Assembly (NCBI GenBank): GCA_937890005.1
Contig: CALBZA010000040.1
Span: 4,434-68,433 of the forward strand
Origin: an uncultured Verrucomicrobia subdivision 3 bacterium
Lineage (GTDB): Bacteria > Verrucomicrobiota > Verrucomicrobiia > Limisphaerales > DASXHY01
Direction of reading: 5' to 3'
Length of the DNA: 64,000 bases
Shown here: positions 9,502 to 17,848 of the stretch, piece after piece
Numbering within the stretch: position 1 is the stretch's first letter
How the letters are laid out: the number at the start of each line of letters is the position of its first letter
The notes under the pieces: generated by a model
The model's database searches: none
Told to the model about the DNA's origin: nothing
The model's input: the letters and a program-made list of their open reading frames with translations, nothing else
Program-made: the position numbers and the translations under genes

Positions 9502-10772
9502 ACTGGCTCGGAGCAGCTTTCATCGGCCTGGTGAGCGGAGTTGTCGGGCTGGTGTCTGTTGCCGCCCTGGCTGGCTTTTGCGTCCGTTGGTTTCGCGTTT
9601 CTACCTTTGAAGGTGCTGCCGGTTACTTCGTGGTCATGCTGGCTTTGCTCGGCGGTCTGCTGGGAATTGTCATCGGAGTTGTCACCGGCCTTGTCTTCAA
9701 CTGGGGCAGCGGTGCCGCGGGATTTTTTAAGGCCCTTGGCAGTGCCTGCGGAGCAGTGGTTCTTCTGACCGCACTGGCCCTTCTGATCTGCCGTATGCTG
9801 GCCGACCTTCCGCCCGAGATTGATGGTCATGAACTGGCACTTGAAGTGGAATGGCGTTTGCCGGTTGGGGAATCGAAGCCTTCTGTGACAAACGGTGCCG
9901 AAACCCGCGTTAAACTCGGTTCGGTCGTGGATCATCAACAGCGCGCCGCTCATTTCGGGGAACTGGAGATCGATCAAGCCCGTCAGGTGGATGGACGATG
10001 GATCATTCCGGGTTCGGTTCATCTGTTCACGCGTCGTGGGAACCGGTCCGTCAGCTTTCAACTGAATGGTGAGATGCGGGACGGTTTTCTGATTCCAGTT
10101 CCTGCGCGGCCCGGAAAGGAATCGCTGGAATGGAGTGACTGGTTTCCGAAGCCGCGTCCGGGCGATGCGCCATGGCCGGAAACGAAGTCATCCGTTCGAT
10201 TCCGCGTTCGGCCAATCCTGCCGGAACCGCCTCCGCCGGATCCAATCGTTGTTGAGGCGGAGAAAATTGCGGCGCTGGATCCGCATGCGCCGCTTGCGGA
10301 CTGGCTTGCTTTCCTCAAATATGATGCGCCCGCGGACCGAAACCTGGCTGTCATGCGTGTCGTTGCGGAACAGCCGGAGGAACTGGCGCGGCTCATCGGT
10401 TCAGACAAGGCGGATCTCCGGGAACAGGCGTTGTTTGCAGTGACGCAATTGAGAGAGATCAAGCCTGTGATTTCGGAGGCGGTTCGTGCAGAAGGCCGGG
10501 CGATTGCCGGGCGGCTCAAGGAGTTCAACCGGATGAATTCAGAAGAGCCCGACTTTTATGGCGTGCAAATGGAGCTGCGGAGTCGGTTTTCATACTGGCA
10601 TCGCGCCTGGTGGACGGTGCATCAGCGGTCGGGAATCGATGGGCGACCCGCCGTTCAGGAAATTCTGGAACTGGCAGAGGTGCGGGCAAAGGAGACATCC
10701 ATGAGCGAAATCGTCATCAATGCGAAAGCACATCTCGGCGGAATCAAAACACCGGAACCATTGCCACAATGA
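9498..10772 (+). CDS. hypothetical membrane protein, paralogue of 8428..9501
   Basis: ATG 9498 overlaps the upstream TGA (ATGA), so I trimmed the track start of 9465. There are 4 TM helices, followed by AALDPHAPLADWLAFLKYDAPADRNLAV... Confidence 0.6.
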   Translation: MNWLGAAFIGLVSGVVGLVSVAALAGFCVRWFRVSTFEGAAGYFVVMLALLGGLLGIVIGVVTGLVFNWGSGAAGFFKALGSACGAVVLLTALALLICRMLADLPPEIDGHELALEVEWRLPVGESKPSVTNGAETRVKLGSVVDHQQRAAHFGELEIDQARQVDGRWIIPGSVHLFTRRGNRSVSFQLNGEMRDGFLIPVPARPGKESLEWSDWFPKPRPGDAPWPETKSSVRFRVRPILPEPPPPDPIVVEAEKIAALDPHAPLADWLAFLKYDAPADRNLAVMRVVAEQPEELARLIGSDKADLREQALFAVTQLREIKPVISEAVRAEGRAIAGRLKEFNRMNSEEPDFYGVQMELRSRFSYWHRAWWTVHQRSGIDGRPAVQEILELAEVRAKETSMSEIVINAKAHLGGIKTPEPLPQ

Positions 10773-11806
10773 ACTCCAATCATGCGCAGGAACTCGCGGC
10801 GTTTCCCGCTGTGTTGCGATCGCTGATTGATGCTGAGCTGGCCGCGGGAAATGAAATTGTGGAAATCGCCAGCAGTTTTCCCGCGCCGCCTGCCGGGGCG
10901 TATGTGAAATTGCGCGACAAGGTGAGCACTCGGGAACGCACCTCGGGAGACGGACTCGATTTTTACGAACGCAACAGCTCCCTCTACTCCGGCGAGTTCA
11001 CCGATGCGAAGCGCTTTTATTTTGTCATCGAACCGCCAGACCCGCCGCCGTCTGAGTCGGATATGAACGCCATCCGTGCCGCCCTGGCGGCAAAAATCAA
11101 GGTTCAGGACGAGCGTTGGAACGCGATCGCGCAACGGACCGATGTCAGAACTGCCGGAACGAAGGCCCGTCGCACCAACGGGAAGAAGGCGCGTGAGAAG
11201 CCGGCGTGGGAACGATTTCGTGACAGCATGAAGATCGATTACGAGAAGTGGCACGACGGAATCGGTTACGACGTGGACATCATCCGAAACGCAACCTCGG
11301 AAGAACTTCTTGAGATCGAATCGTTGTTGGTGACCCGTGGAATCAGCGACTGGCGCGATGTGGAGGCGTTGGCGGTTGTGGACTCGCCCAGAGCGCGCAT
11401 GTTGCTCCGGCAGACACTGGAGCAGGGGAATGCCGAGCTGGCGAGCGCGGTGCTCCGCTATGCACCGTATCTGTCATCCAAAACCGAACAGACCGAGGCG
11501 TTGGTCCGCTCCCTTGAGACGGCACAGATTTTTGGTGGACTGGCTCAAACACTGATGCACGTCCGAACGTTTCATCCGCCTGAAATCATCGATGCTCTCC
11601 TCCGCGGTGCGCTGAATCGTCCCGGAGACGTCGCCGCGCATTATGCCGCGATGCTTATGTTCATTCACGGCAAGGCGAAGTCAGACTTCGACTGGGAGCA
11701 ACGGCCGTTCTTTCTCCGATTCAACACACCGGATCGCGCCGGGCGGGAAAAGGTGTTCCGCGAACTCTGCGAAAAAATCGGAGTGGATGCCGGACGCTAT
11801 CTTTGA
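10769..11806 (+). CDS. hypothetical soluble protein with an alpha-helical-repeat-like (HEAT-like) C-terminal half
   Basis: ATG 10769 overlaps the upstream TGA (ATGA). The track start of 10610 lies inside the previous gene. The C-terminal half is helical and repeat-like (LLEIESLLVTRGISDWRDVEALAVVDSPRARMLLRQTLEQGNAELASAVLRYAP...). Confidence 0.6.
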   Translation: MNSNHAQELAAFPAVLRSLIDAELAAGNEIVEIASSFPAPPAGAYVKLRDKVSTRERTSGDGLDFYERNSSLYSGEFTDAKRFYFVIEPPDPPPSESDMNAIRAALAAKIKVQDERWNAIAQRTDVRTAGTKARRTNGKKAREKPAWERFRDSMKIDYEKWHDGIGYDVDIIRNATSEELLEIESLLVTRGISDWRDVEALAVVDSPRARMLLRQTLEQGNAELASAVLRYAPYLSSKTEQTEALVRSLETAQIFGGLAQTLMHVRTFHPPEIIDALLRGALNRPGDVAAHYAAMLMFIHGKAKSDFDWEQRPFFLRFNTPDRAGREKVFRELCEKIGVDAGRYL

Positions 11807-11888
11807 TCTCGGGATCATTCTCCTGCAGTTCGACAAATCTGATGTGATGTCAGAGCTCCATCGGGGAGGAAAATCAATCTCTCATTAG

Positions 11889-12019
11889 CACCCCGCTTGA
11901 GCGGGGTGAAGCAAGGCCCCGTGAAAAGAGCCGTTCCGACGGCTTTTCCTCCAAACGTGCAAAGCTGTTAAAACAGCTGAGCCACTGCAACATCATTGCC
12001 ACCGCGCTGAAGCGCAGTG
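11889..12019. repeat. MITE-like multi-hairpin intergenic repeat, family A, copy 1
   Basis: CACCCCGCttgaGCGGGGTG (11889-11908), AGCCGTtccgACGGCT (11929-11944), palindrome AGCTGTTaaAACAGCT (11963-11978) and CACCGCGCtgaaGCGCAGTG (12000-12019). The same module order recurs at 28306-28432. Confidence 0.7.
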
Positions 12020-12119
12020 CCAAGGAGAGGTTCCCATTTCACCGGAACGAACGCGCTTTCTCCAAAGAGTTCCTTTCTCGGAAGTTTTCAACGGCACCGT
12101 CAGCAGGCATATTCGCCGG

Positions 12120-15100
12120 ATGCCAGTCGAACTCACAGAAGCGCTGCTCAGCAAGGCGGCGGGTTGGGACGTGATGAAGCGCGCGCGCGCGTACATCGAG
12201 CAGGGGCAGGTGCTCAGCTCGTTCTGGGAAGCGCCGCTGTTGCGTGGTGTGGTGCAGAGTGAAGTCTCGTTCCGGGCGTCGATGGTGATCAAGAGCGACA
12301 TCGACATCGAAAACCTCTGCACGTGCCGCGATGCGCGGGAATGGGGGAAAATCTGTGCCCACAGCGTGGCGGTCGGACTGCATTGGATTCAGGCACAGAA
12401 TGGTCCGGCGAAGGAACAGCCGGAACCGAAATCCGTTGGACAAAAGAGCGCTGCCGCGCCGGCGACGCGCAAAGTTTCATCGCTGCGACGCGAAGCCTCC
12501 CGAGAATCTGCCGAGTTGTTTCTCATCCTGCCGCCGAACGTGGATCAGGCCCTCGCCCGCGGCAAAGTGATGCTCGTTTTGGAAGCGAAGTGGGCGGGCG
12601 GACGGGTTCCCTTGAACGCGCTTCCGAAACACAAATCTTACGCGTTCGGAGAACAGGACTCGGCGATCATCGATTTCCTGGAGACACTTTCCAACGGCGA
12701 AACACCCGCGATCGTTCAGCTCGAAGCCACGCAATTCGCGACGCTGCTGACTCGACTTGTGGGGCATCCCAATCTGTCGCTCGGCAAATCGACTGAGGTG
12801 GAAGTCACAACCGAGCCGTTCGCTTTTCCCATCAAGGCCACTCTGGAGAGCAACGGGGAAATTGTTGTCGCGCCGAAAGGCAAAGCCGCCTTCGTTCCCG
12901 TCGGCGACTGGGTCTGGAGCAACAATCGCTTTCAGCTGTTTCAAATGCCGGAGTGGATGCGGGGAATCGTCCGCGGACCCGTGCGTGTTGCGCGCGCGCA
13001 GGTGCCGCAGTTTCTCAGTCAACAATGGCCGCAGCTGCTGTCGGCAGGCGCGGAGGCCAGCTTCAAGCTGGAAGACTTCACGCTGGAACCGCAGGCGCCG
13101 GAGTTCCTGCTCGAATTGAAAGGCGGTCTCGCTCAGCTCTCGGCATTGCTTCAGTGCCGATATGGTTCGCGGATCATGACGGTCGGCGTCACGACCGGGG
13201 ACGAAAGTGTGTGGCTGCCCGATCCTGAATCACCGACGCGTTATTCGACACGGGATGTCGCTGCCGAGCGCGCGGCGTTGGGACGATTGCAACGACACGG
13301 TTTTTCTGCACCAGACGGACAGGGGAAAATGCAATTGCTGGGACAGAATGCGGTGTTGAACTTCTTCGCCCGCGAATTTCCGAAGCTCGAACGCGAATGG
13401 AAGGTCACGCTGGAGGAGCGCCTTGACCGCAGCACGAAGCAGAACATCGAGCGAATCGAACCGCGTTTTGAGGTCACGTCGTCGGGTGTTCAATGGTTCG
13501 ATCTGGGCGTGGTGTTTGAGTCGTCGGGTGGCGAAAAGTTTTCACAGGCCGAGATTCAACGATTGCTGCTTTCGGGACAGAGTCATATGCGGTTGAAGAA
13601 TGGTCGCGTGGCGGTGATCGACACCGGCGCGGTGGAGGAACTGCAGGAGGTGTTGCTGGATTGCGCGCCGCAGCAGCATGCAAACGGGTATCGAATCAAC
13701 AACGCTCAGGCCGGTTTTCTTGAATCGACGCTGAAGCAGCATGCGGGATGGAAGTTTCAGGCACCGGCGCAATGGCGCGAGCGGGCGGCGAAGCAGAGCG
13801 GCGATGCAAAACTGGAATGTCCGCCACTGGGTGCGTTGGAGAATGTGCTGCGACCGTATCAGAAGCATGGCGTGGCGTGGCTGCGATTTCTTCGGGAGAA
13901 CGGTTTTGGCGGAATTCTTGCCGATGAAATGGGCCTGGGCAAAACGTTGCAAGCCCTCGCATTCCTTTGCTCTGTAAGCAATCGCCAATCGCCAATCGCC
14001 AATCGCCAATCAACTCCCCCCAATCTCCAATCAACATTCGACAATCCGCATTCCGCAATCCGCATTCCCCACCTGATCGTCTGTCCCACCAGTCTTGTGT
14101 TCAACTGGCTGGCCGAGGCGGCGAAGTTCACGCCGGAACTGAAGGTGCTCGCGCTGCATGGACCGGATCGACATCGCCACTTCGACCAGATCCCGCAGCA
14201 CGACATTGTCATAACGAGTTACGCTTTGATCCGTCGGGACGCGGAGCGATATCGCGGGTTTGAGTTCGACACGGTGGTGCTCGATGAGGCTCAGCACATC
14301 AAGAACCGGCAGACGCAGAATGCGCAAGCAGTGAAAGCGGTGCGTTCGAAGCATCGGCTGGTTCTGACTGGAACGCCGCTGGAAAATTCCGTGCTCGATC
14401 TCTGGTCGATCTTCGATTTCCTCATGCCCGGTTATTTGGGAACTGCGGCGGACTTCCGCGAGCGGTACGAACAGCCGATCACGCGCGACAAGGACGTGAA
14501 CGCCCAGGCACGACTGGCGCGGCGGCTTCGTCCGTTCATGTTGCGGCGATTGAAGAAGGATGTCGTCGCCGATCTTCCTGCAAAACTCGAACAGGTTTCA
14601 TTCTGCGAACTGACATCCGACCAACGCGCGGTGTATCAGCAGCTGTTGGAATCGACGCGCAATGAAGTTCTCGCGCACGCCGGAGAGAACACCGGCAGAA
14701 CCCGCATGCTGGCGTTGAACGCGCTGCTCCGCTTGCGACAGGTCTGCTGCGATCTTCGTCTGCTGCAATTGGACAAGGTGAATCCTGCCACCGCCTCCGG
14801 AAAGCTCGACCTGTTCAGCGAATTGCTGGAGGAAGTCATCGACGGCGGCCACCGCGTGCTGGTGTTCAGCCAGTTCGTCAGCATGCTGGCCTTGCTCAAG
14901 GAACGGCTGAAGGAGGAGAAAATCGAGTTCTGTTATCTCGATGGATCGACAACCGACCGGCGCGCCGTGGTGGAACGATTTCAGAATTCCTCCATTCCCG
15001 TCTTTCTCATCAGTCTCAAAGCCGGCGGCGTCGGACTCAACCTCACCGGTGCGGACACGGTCATGCACTTCGATCCGTGGTGGAACCCGGCGGTGGAGGA

Positions 15101-15296
15101 TCAGGCGACAGATCGCGCCCATCGAATCGGTCAGACGCGTGTGGTGACCAGCTACAAGCTGATCGCGCGCGACACGGTCGAGGAAAAGATTCTCACATTG
15201 CAGAACCGCAAGCGTGAGATCATCAAGGCGACCCTGTCCGAGGACGAATTCACGTCCGCGTTGAGCTGGGAGGAGATCCAGGAGCTGCTGATGTGA
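12120..15296 (+). CDS. SNF2-family DEAD/DEAH helicase with N-terminal SWIM zinc finger
   Basis: SWIM motif CTCRDAREWGKICAHSVAV. Helicase motifs LADEMGLGKT, LDEAQHIKN, LTGTPLENS, SLKAGGVGLNLTGADTV and QATDRAHRIGQ. Confidence 0.9.
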   Translation: MPVELTEALLSKAAGWDVMKRARAYIEQGQVLSSFWEAPLLRGVVQSEVSFRASMVIKSDIDIENLCTCRDAREWGKICAHSVAVGLHWIQAQNGPAKEQPEPKSVGQKSAAAPATRKVSSLRREASRESAELFLILPPNVDQALARGKVMLVLEAKWAGGRVPLNALPKHKSYAFGEQDSAIIDFLETLSNGETPAIVQLEATQFATLLTRLVGHPNLSLGKSTEVEVTTEPFAFPIKATLESNGEIVVAPKGKAAFVPVGDWVWSNNRFQLFQMPEWMRGIVRGPVRVARAQVPQFLSQQWPQLLSAGAEASFKLEDFTLEPQAPEFLLELKGGLAQLSALLQCRYGSRIMTVGVTTGDESVWLPDPESPTRYSTRDVAAERAALGRLQRHGFSAPDGQGKMQLLGQNAVLNFFAREFPKLEREWKVTLEERLDRSTKQNIERIEPRFEVTSSGVQWFDLGVVFESSGGEKFSQAEIQRLLLSGQSHMRLKNGRVAVIDTGAVEELQEVLLDCAPQQHANGYRINNAQAGFLESTLKQHAGWKFQAPAQWRERAAKQSGDAKLECPPLGALENVLRPYQKHGVAWLRFLRENGFGGILADEMGLGKTLQALAFLCSVSNRQSPIANRQSTPPNLQSTFDNPHSAIRIPHLIVCPTSLVFNWLAEAAKFTPELKVLALHGPDRHRHFDQIPQHDIVITSYALIRRDAERYRGFEFDTVVLDEAQHIKNRQTQNAQAVKAVRSKHRLVLTGTPLENSVLDLWSIFDFLMPGYLGTAADFRERYEQPITRDKDVNAQARLARRLRPFMLRRLKKDVVADLPAKLEQVSFCELTSDQRAVYQQLLESTRNEVLAHAGENTGRTRMLALNALLRLRQVCCDLRLLQLDKVNPATASGKLDLFSELLEEVIDGGHRVLVFSQFVSMLALLKERLKEEKIEFCYLDGSTTDRRAVVERFQNSSIPVFLISLKAGGVGLNLTGADTVMHFDPWWNPAVEDQATDRAHRIGQTRVVTSYKLIARDTVEEKILTLQNRKREIIKATLSEDEFTSALSWEEIQELLM
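13979..14069 (+). repeat. heptanucleotide tandem array, 13 x CAATCNN, in-frame within the SNF2 CDS
   Basis: caatcgc x4, then caatcaa ctccccc caatctc caatcaa cattcga caatccg cattccg caatccg cattccc. The 7-nt phase is kept over 91 nt. Confidence 0.9.
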
Positions 15297-15405
15297 ATTC
15301 GGTTGAAGTTGAAATTTTCCTGAATCAGCGGAGGCTGTTCAGCCGTCCAATGCTGCGTCTCTGTTTCCGGCGCGCCGATGTGATTTGTGCCGGAATGGAA
15401 TTCAG

Positions 15406-17841
15406 ATGAGAACCGAAGTGAAAGCGCCGTCGCGAATTGAAGCTGGCTCAACGCATTTCCTGCGTCGGGCGATGCTTGCGATCGGGTTGTTGTTCGTTTT
15501 GCCGGCGTCTGCCGCGGAAACGGTCGATCCTGTGTTCGAGCAGAGCATCAAACCGATCCTCTCCGAGTATTGCTACGACTGCCATGGCGACGGTGCAGAC
15601 AAGGGAGGCATCACGCTCGATGCATTTCAGAATTCCGACGAACTGTTGAATTCAGAGCTGTGGTTGAAGGTTCTCAAGAATGTCCGGGCCGGCATCATGC
15701 CGCCTCCGAAAAAGGCGCAGCCGGCGCAGGAGGAAAAAGCGGAGCTGGAGCGCTGGATCAAGACGGCCGTTTTCAAATCGGACCCGCTCGATCCCGATCC
15801 CGGCCGCGTGGTGGTGCGACGACTGAATCGCGTGGAGTACCGCAATACGATTCGTGACCTGATGGGAATCGACTTCGACACCGACCAGGAATTTCCGGCG
15901 GACGATTCAGGCAACGGATTCGACAACATGGCGTCGGTGCTGACGATTTCGCCGATGCTGATGGAGAAGTATCTCGATGCCGCGCGTAAGATCGTGTCGC
16001 GAGCGGTTCCAACGGTCTCCGGAGTGCCGGCGCAACGATCGCTGGATGGCAGGAGCTTTGTTGATGAAAAGAATCGTTCCGGACCGCTCACGCTTTCCTA
16101 TTACAGGTCAGCCGCGGTCTCCAACAGTTTTCGAGTAAACCACGCCGGTGGATATGAAATCGTTTTGAATCTCGCCACCTCGGAGCGCGGTGGAAATCAG
16201 TTCGACTACAACTCCTGCATTGTGACGTTTGCCATCGACGGTGAAGAGGTGCTGAGGCGTGAATTCGCCCGCGAGGGAAACAAGCCGTTCGTGTTCAAAT
16301 TCAACCGGGAATGGAACCCGGGAATGCACGCGTTTTCGCTGACGCTCACGCCACAATCCGACGAACCGCCGGCGCGTAATCTCGGCATCCGGCTGAATTC
16401 CGTCGTTGTGCGCGGACCTTTCGTTGAATCGTTGTTCGTGAAACCTCCCAATTACGACCGTTTTTTTCCGCGACCGGTTCCATCTGAACTGTCGCAGCGC
16501 CGGGCGTATGCGGCGGAGATTCTTCGAGGTTTCGCCGAGCGGGCGTGTCGGCGGCCTGTGGACGACACAACGGTCGAACGACTCGTGTCACTCGCGGAAC
16601 GCGTTTACCAGGTTCCGGAGCAGACGTTCGAATCCGGCATCAGCCACGCCATGACTGCAGTTCTTGCTTCTCCGCGATTTCTGTTCCGCGAAGAGCGCAT
16701 CGCGCCGGGCTCCGAACGGGAAAAACATCCGTGGCTGGACGACTTTTCCCTCGCGAGCCGGCTTTCGTATTTCCTTTGGTCAACGATGCCGGACGACGAG
16801 CTGTTCCGTCTGGCGCGCAAGGGAACTTTGCGGACGAACCTTCACTCCCAGTTGAAGCGGATGCTGACGGACCGCCGTTCGGAGGAGTTCATCCGCAACT
16901 TCGGCGGGCAATGGCTTCAGACCCGCGACATCGACAACGTGCAGATCAACGCGCGTGACGTGCGGATTCGGGAGAGCGGGAATAAGAACGACGACAGCCG
17001 GATGGATTTCGATGGCGGGCTTCGCAATGCGATGCGCCAGGAGACGGAACGTTACTTCGAATATGTCGTGCGAAACGACCGCAGCGTTCTCGAACTGATT
17101 GAAAGCGATTACACATTCCTGAACGAACGCCTGGCGAAGCATTATGGCTTGGAGGAATTGAATGTTCGCGGGTCCGAACTGCGCCGGGTTTCGTTGCCGA
17201 AAGGATCGCCTCGCGGCGGTGTTCTGACCCACGGCAGCGTGCTGGCTGTGACTTCGAATCCGACGCGCACGTCGCCGGTGAAGCGAGGATTGTTCGTACT
17301 GGAAAACATTCTGGGCACGCCGCCGCCACCGCCACCGCCGAACATTCCGGCACTGGAAGATTCCGCGAATCCCACCAACCAGCTGACGCTGCGGGAGACG
17401 CTTGAAATTCATCGTCAGAATCCGGCATGCAGTTCCTGTCACAATCGCATGGATCCGATCGGACTTGCCTTCGAGAATTTCAACGCGATGGGCATGTTCC
17501 GAACCAATGAGCTGAACCAGCCGATCGCGGTGGAAGGGCGGCTGGTCAGTGGCGAGACCTTTGAAAGCGTTCAGGAACTCAAACACATTCTTGCCACGCG
17601 CCATGCGCACCGCTTTTACGAGACGCTCGCCGAGAAACTGTTGATGTATGCGCTGGGGCGCGGACTTGAGGCGCCGGACATCACGACGGTGGACAGCATT
17701 GCGGAGCGGCTTGAGAAGTCGGGCGGACGCTTCTCGGCTGCGCTTGTGGGGGTGATCGATTCCCCGGCTTTTCAAAAAACCCGAAACCCGGACCCGGTTC
17801 GCGCGTCCGATCAAAGGAAGACCGATCAGGCGAGACGATGA
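15406..17841 (+). CDS. PSCyt/PSD-domain protein (DUF1592/DUF1588/DUF1585-type, cytochrome-c-like N-terminus)
   Basis: CYDCHG (CxxCH) after the signal peptide MLAIGLLFVLPASA. Also FLWSTMPDDELF, GVLTHGSVLAVTSNPTRTSPVKRG and CSSCHNRMDPIGLAFENF, typical of this PVC family. The start is ATG 15406 or 15469. Confidence 0.8.
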   Translation: MRTEVKAPSRIEAGSTHFLRRAMLAIGLLFVLPASAAETVDPVFEQSIKPILSEYCYDCHGDGADKGGITLDAFQNSDELLNSELWLKVLKNVRAGIMPPPKKAQPAQEEKAELERWIKTAVFKSDPLDPDPGRVVVRRLNRVEYRNTIRDLMGIDFDTDQEFPADDSGNGFDNMASVLTISPMLMEKYLDAARKIVSRAVPTVSGVPAQRSLDGRSFVDEKNRSGPLTLSYYRSAAVSNSFRVNHAGGYEIVLNLATSERGGNQFDYNSCIVTFAIDGEEVLRREFAREGNKPFVFKFNREWNPGMHAFSLTLTPQSDEPPARNLGIRLNSVVVRGPFVESLFVKPPNYDRFFPRPVPSELSQRRAYAAEILRGFAERACRRPVDDTTVERLVSLAERVYQVPEQTFESGISHAMTAVLASPRFLFREERIAPGSEREKHPWLDDFSLASRLSYFLWSTMPDDELFRLARKGTLRTNLHSQLKRMLTDRRSEEFIRNFGGQWLQTRDIDNVQINARDVRIRESGNKNDDSRMDFDGGLRNAMRQETERYFEYVVRNDRSVLELIESDYTFLNERLAKHYGLEELNVRGSELRRVSLPKGSPRGGVLTHGSVLAVTSNPTRTSPVKRGLFVLENILGTPPPPPPPNIPALEDSANPTNQLTLRETLEIHRQNPACSSCHNRMDPIGLAFENFNAMGMFRTNELNQPIAVEGRLVSGETFESVQELKHILATRHAHRFYETLAEKLLMYALGRGLEAPDITTVDSIAERLEKSGGRFSAALVGVIDSPAFQKTRNPDPVRASDQRKTDQARR

Positions 17842-17848
17842 GACGAGC

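Noticed and set aside
10610-10768. Long N-terminal extensions given by the ORF track. Examples are 10610, 60024, 19176, 42018, 51975, 21770, 24979, 32306 and 9465.
   Set aside because: The extensions overlap upstream genes or lack signal-peptide or family context. Internal ATG or GTG starts coincide with ATGA or GTGA stop-start overlaps, signal peptides or canonical family N-termini.
13979-14069. I considered whether the tandem arrays could be a CRISPR array.
   Set aside because: The period is 7 nt with no spacers, the arrays are under 100 nt, they lie inside CDSs, and there are no cas genes in the window. They are micro/minisatellite-type tandem repeats, not CRISPR.
12120-15296. I considered the SNF2 helicase, plus the upstream unknown genes, as a DISARM-, BREX- or other defence-type island.
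   Set aside because: There is no methyltransferase, PLD nuclease, DUF1998, DUF499, PglZ or similar partner. SWIM + SNF2 + C-terminal helicase is a widespread stand-alone architecture. The upstream genes are membrane proteins without nuclease or NTPase motifs.
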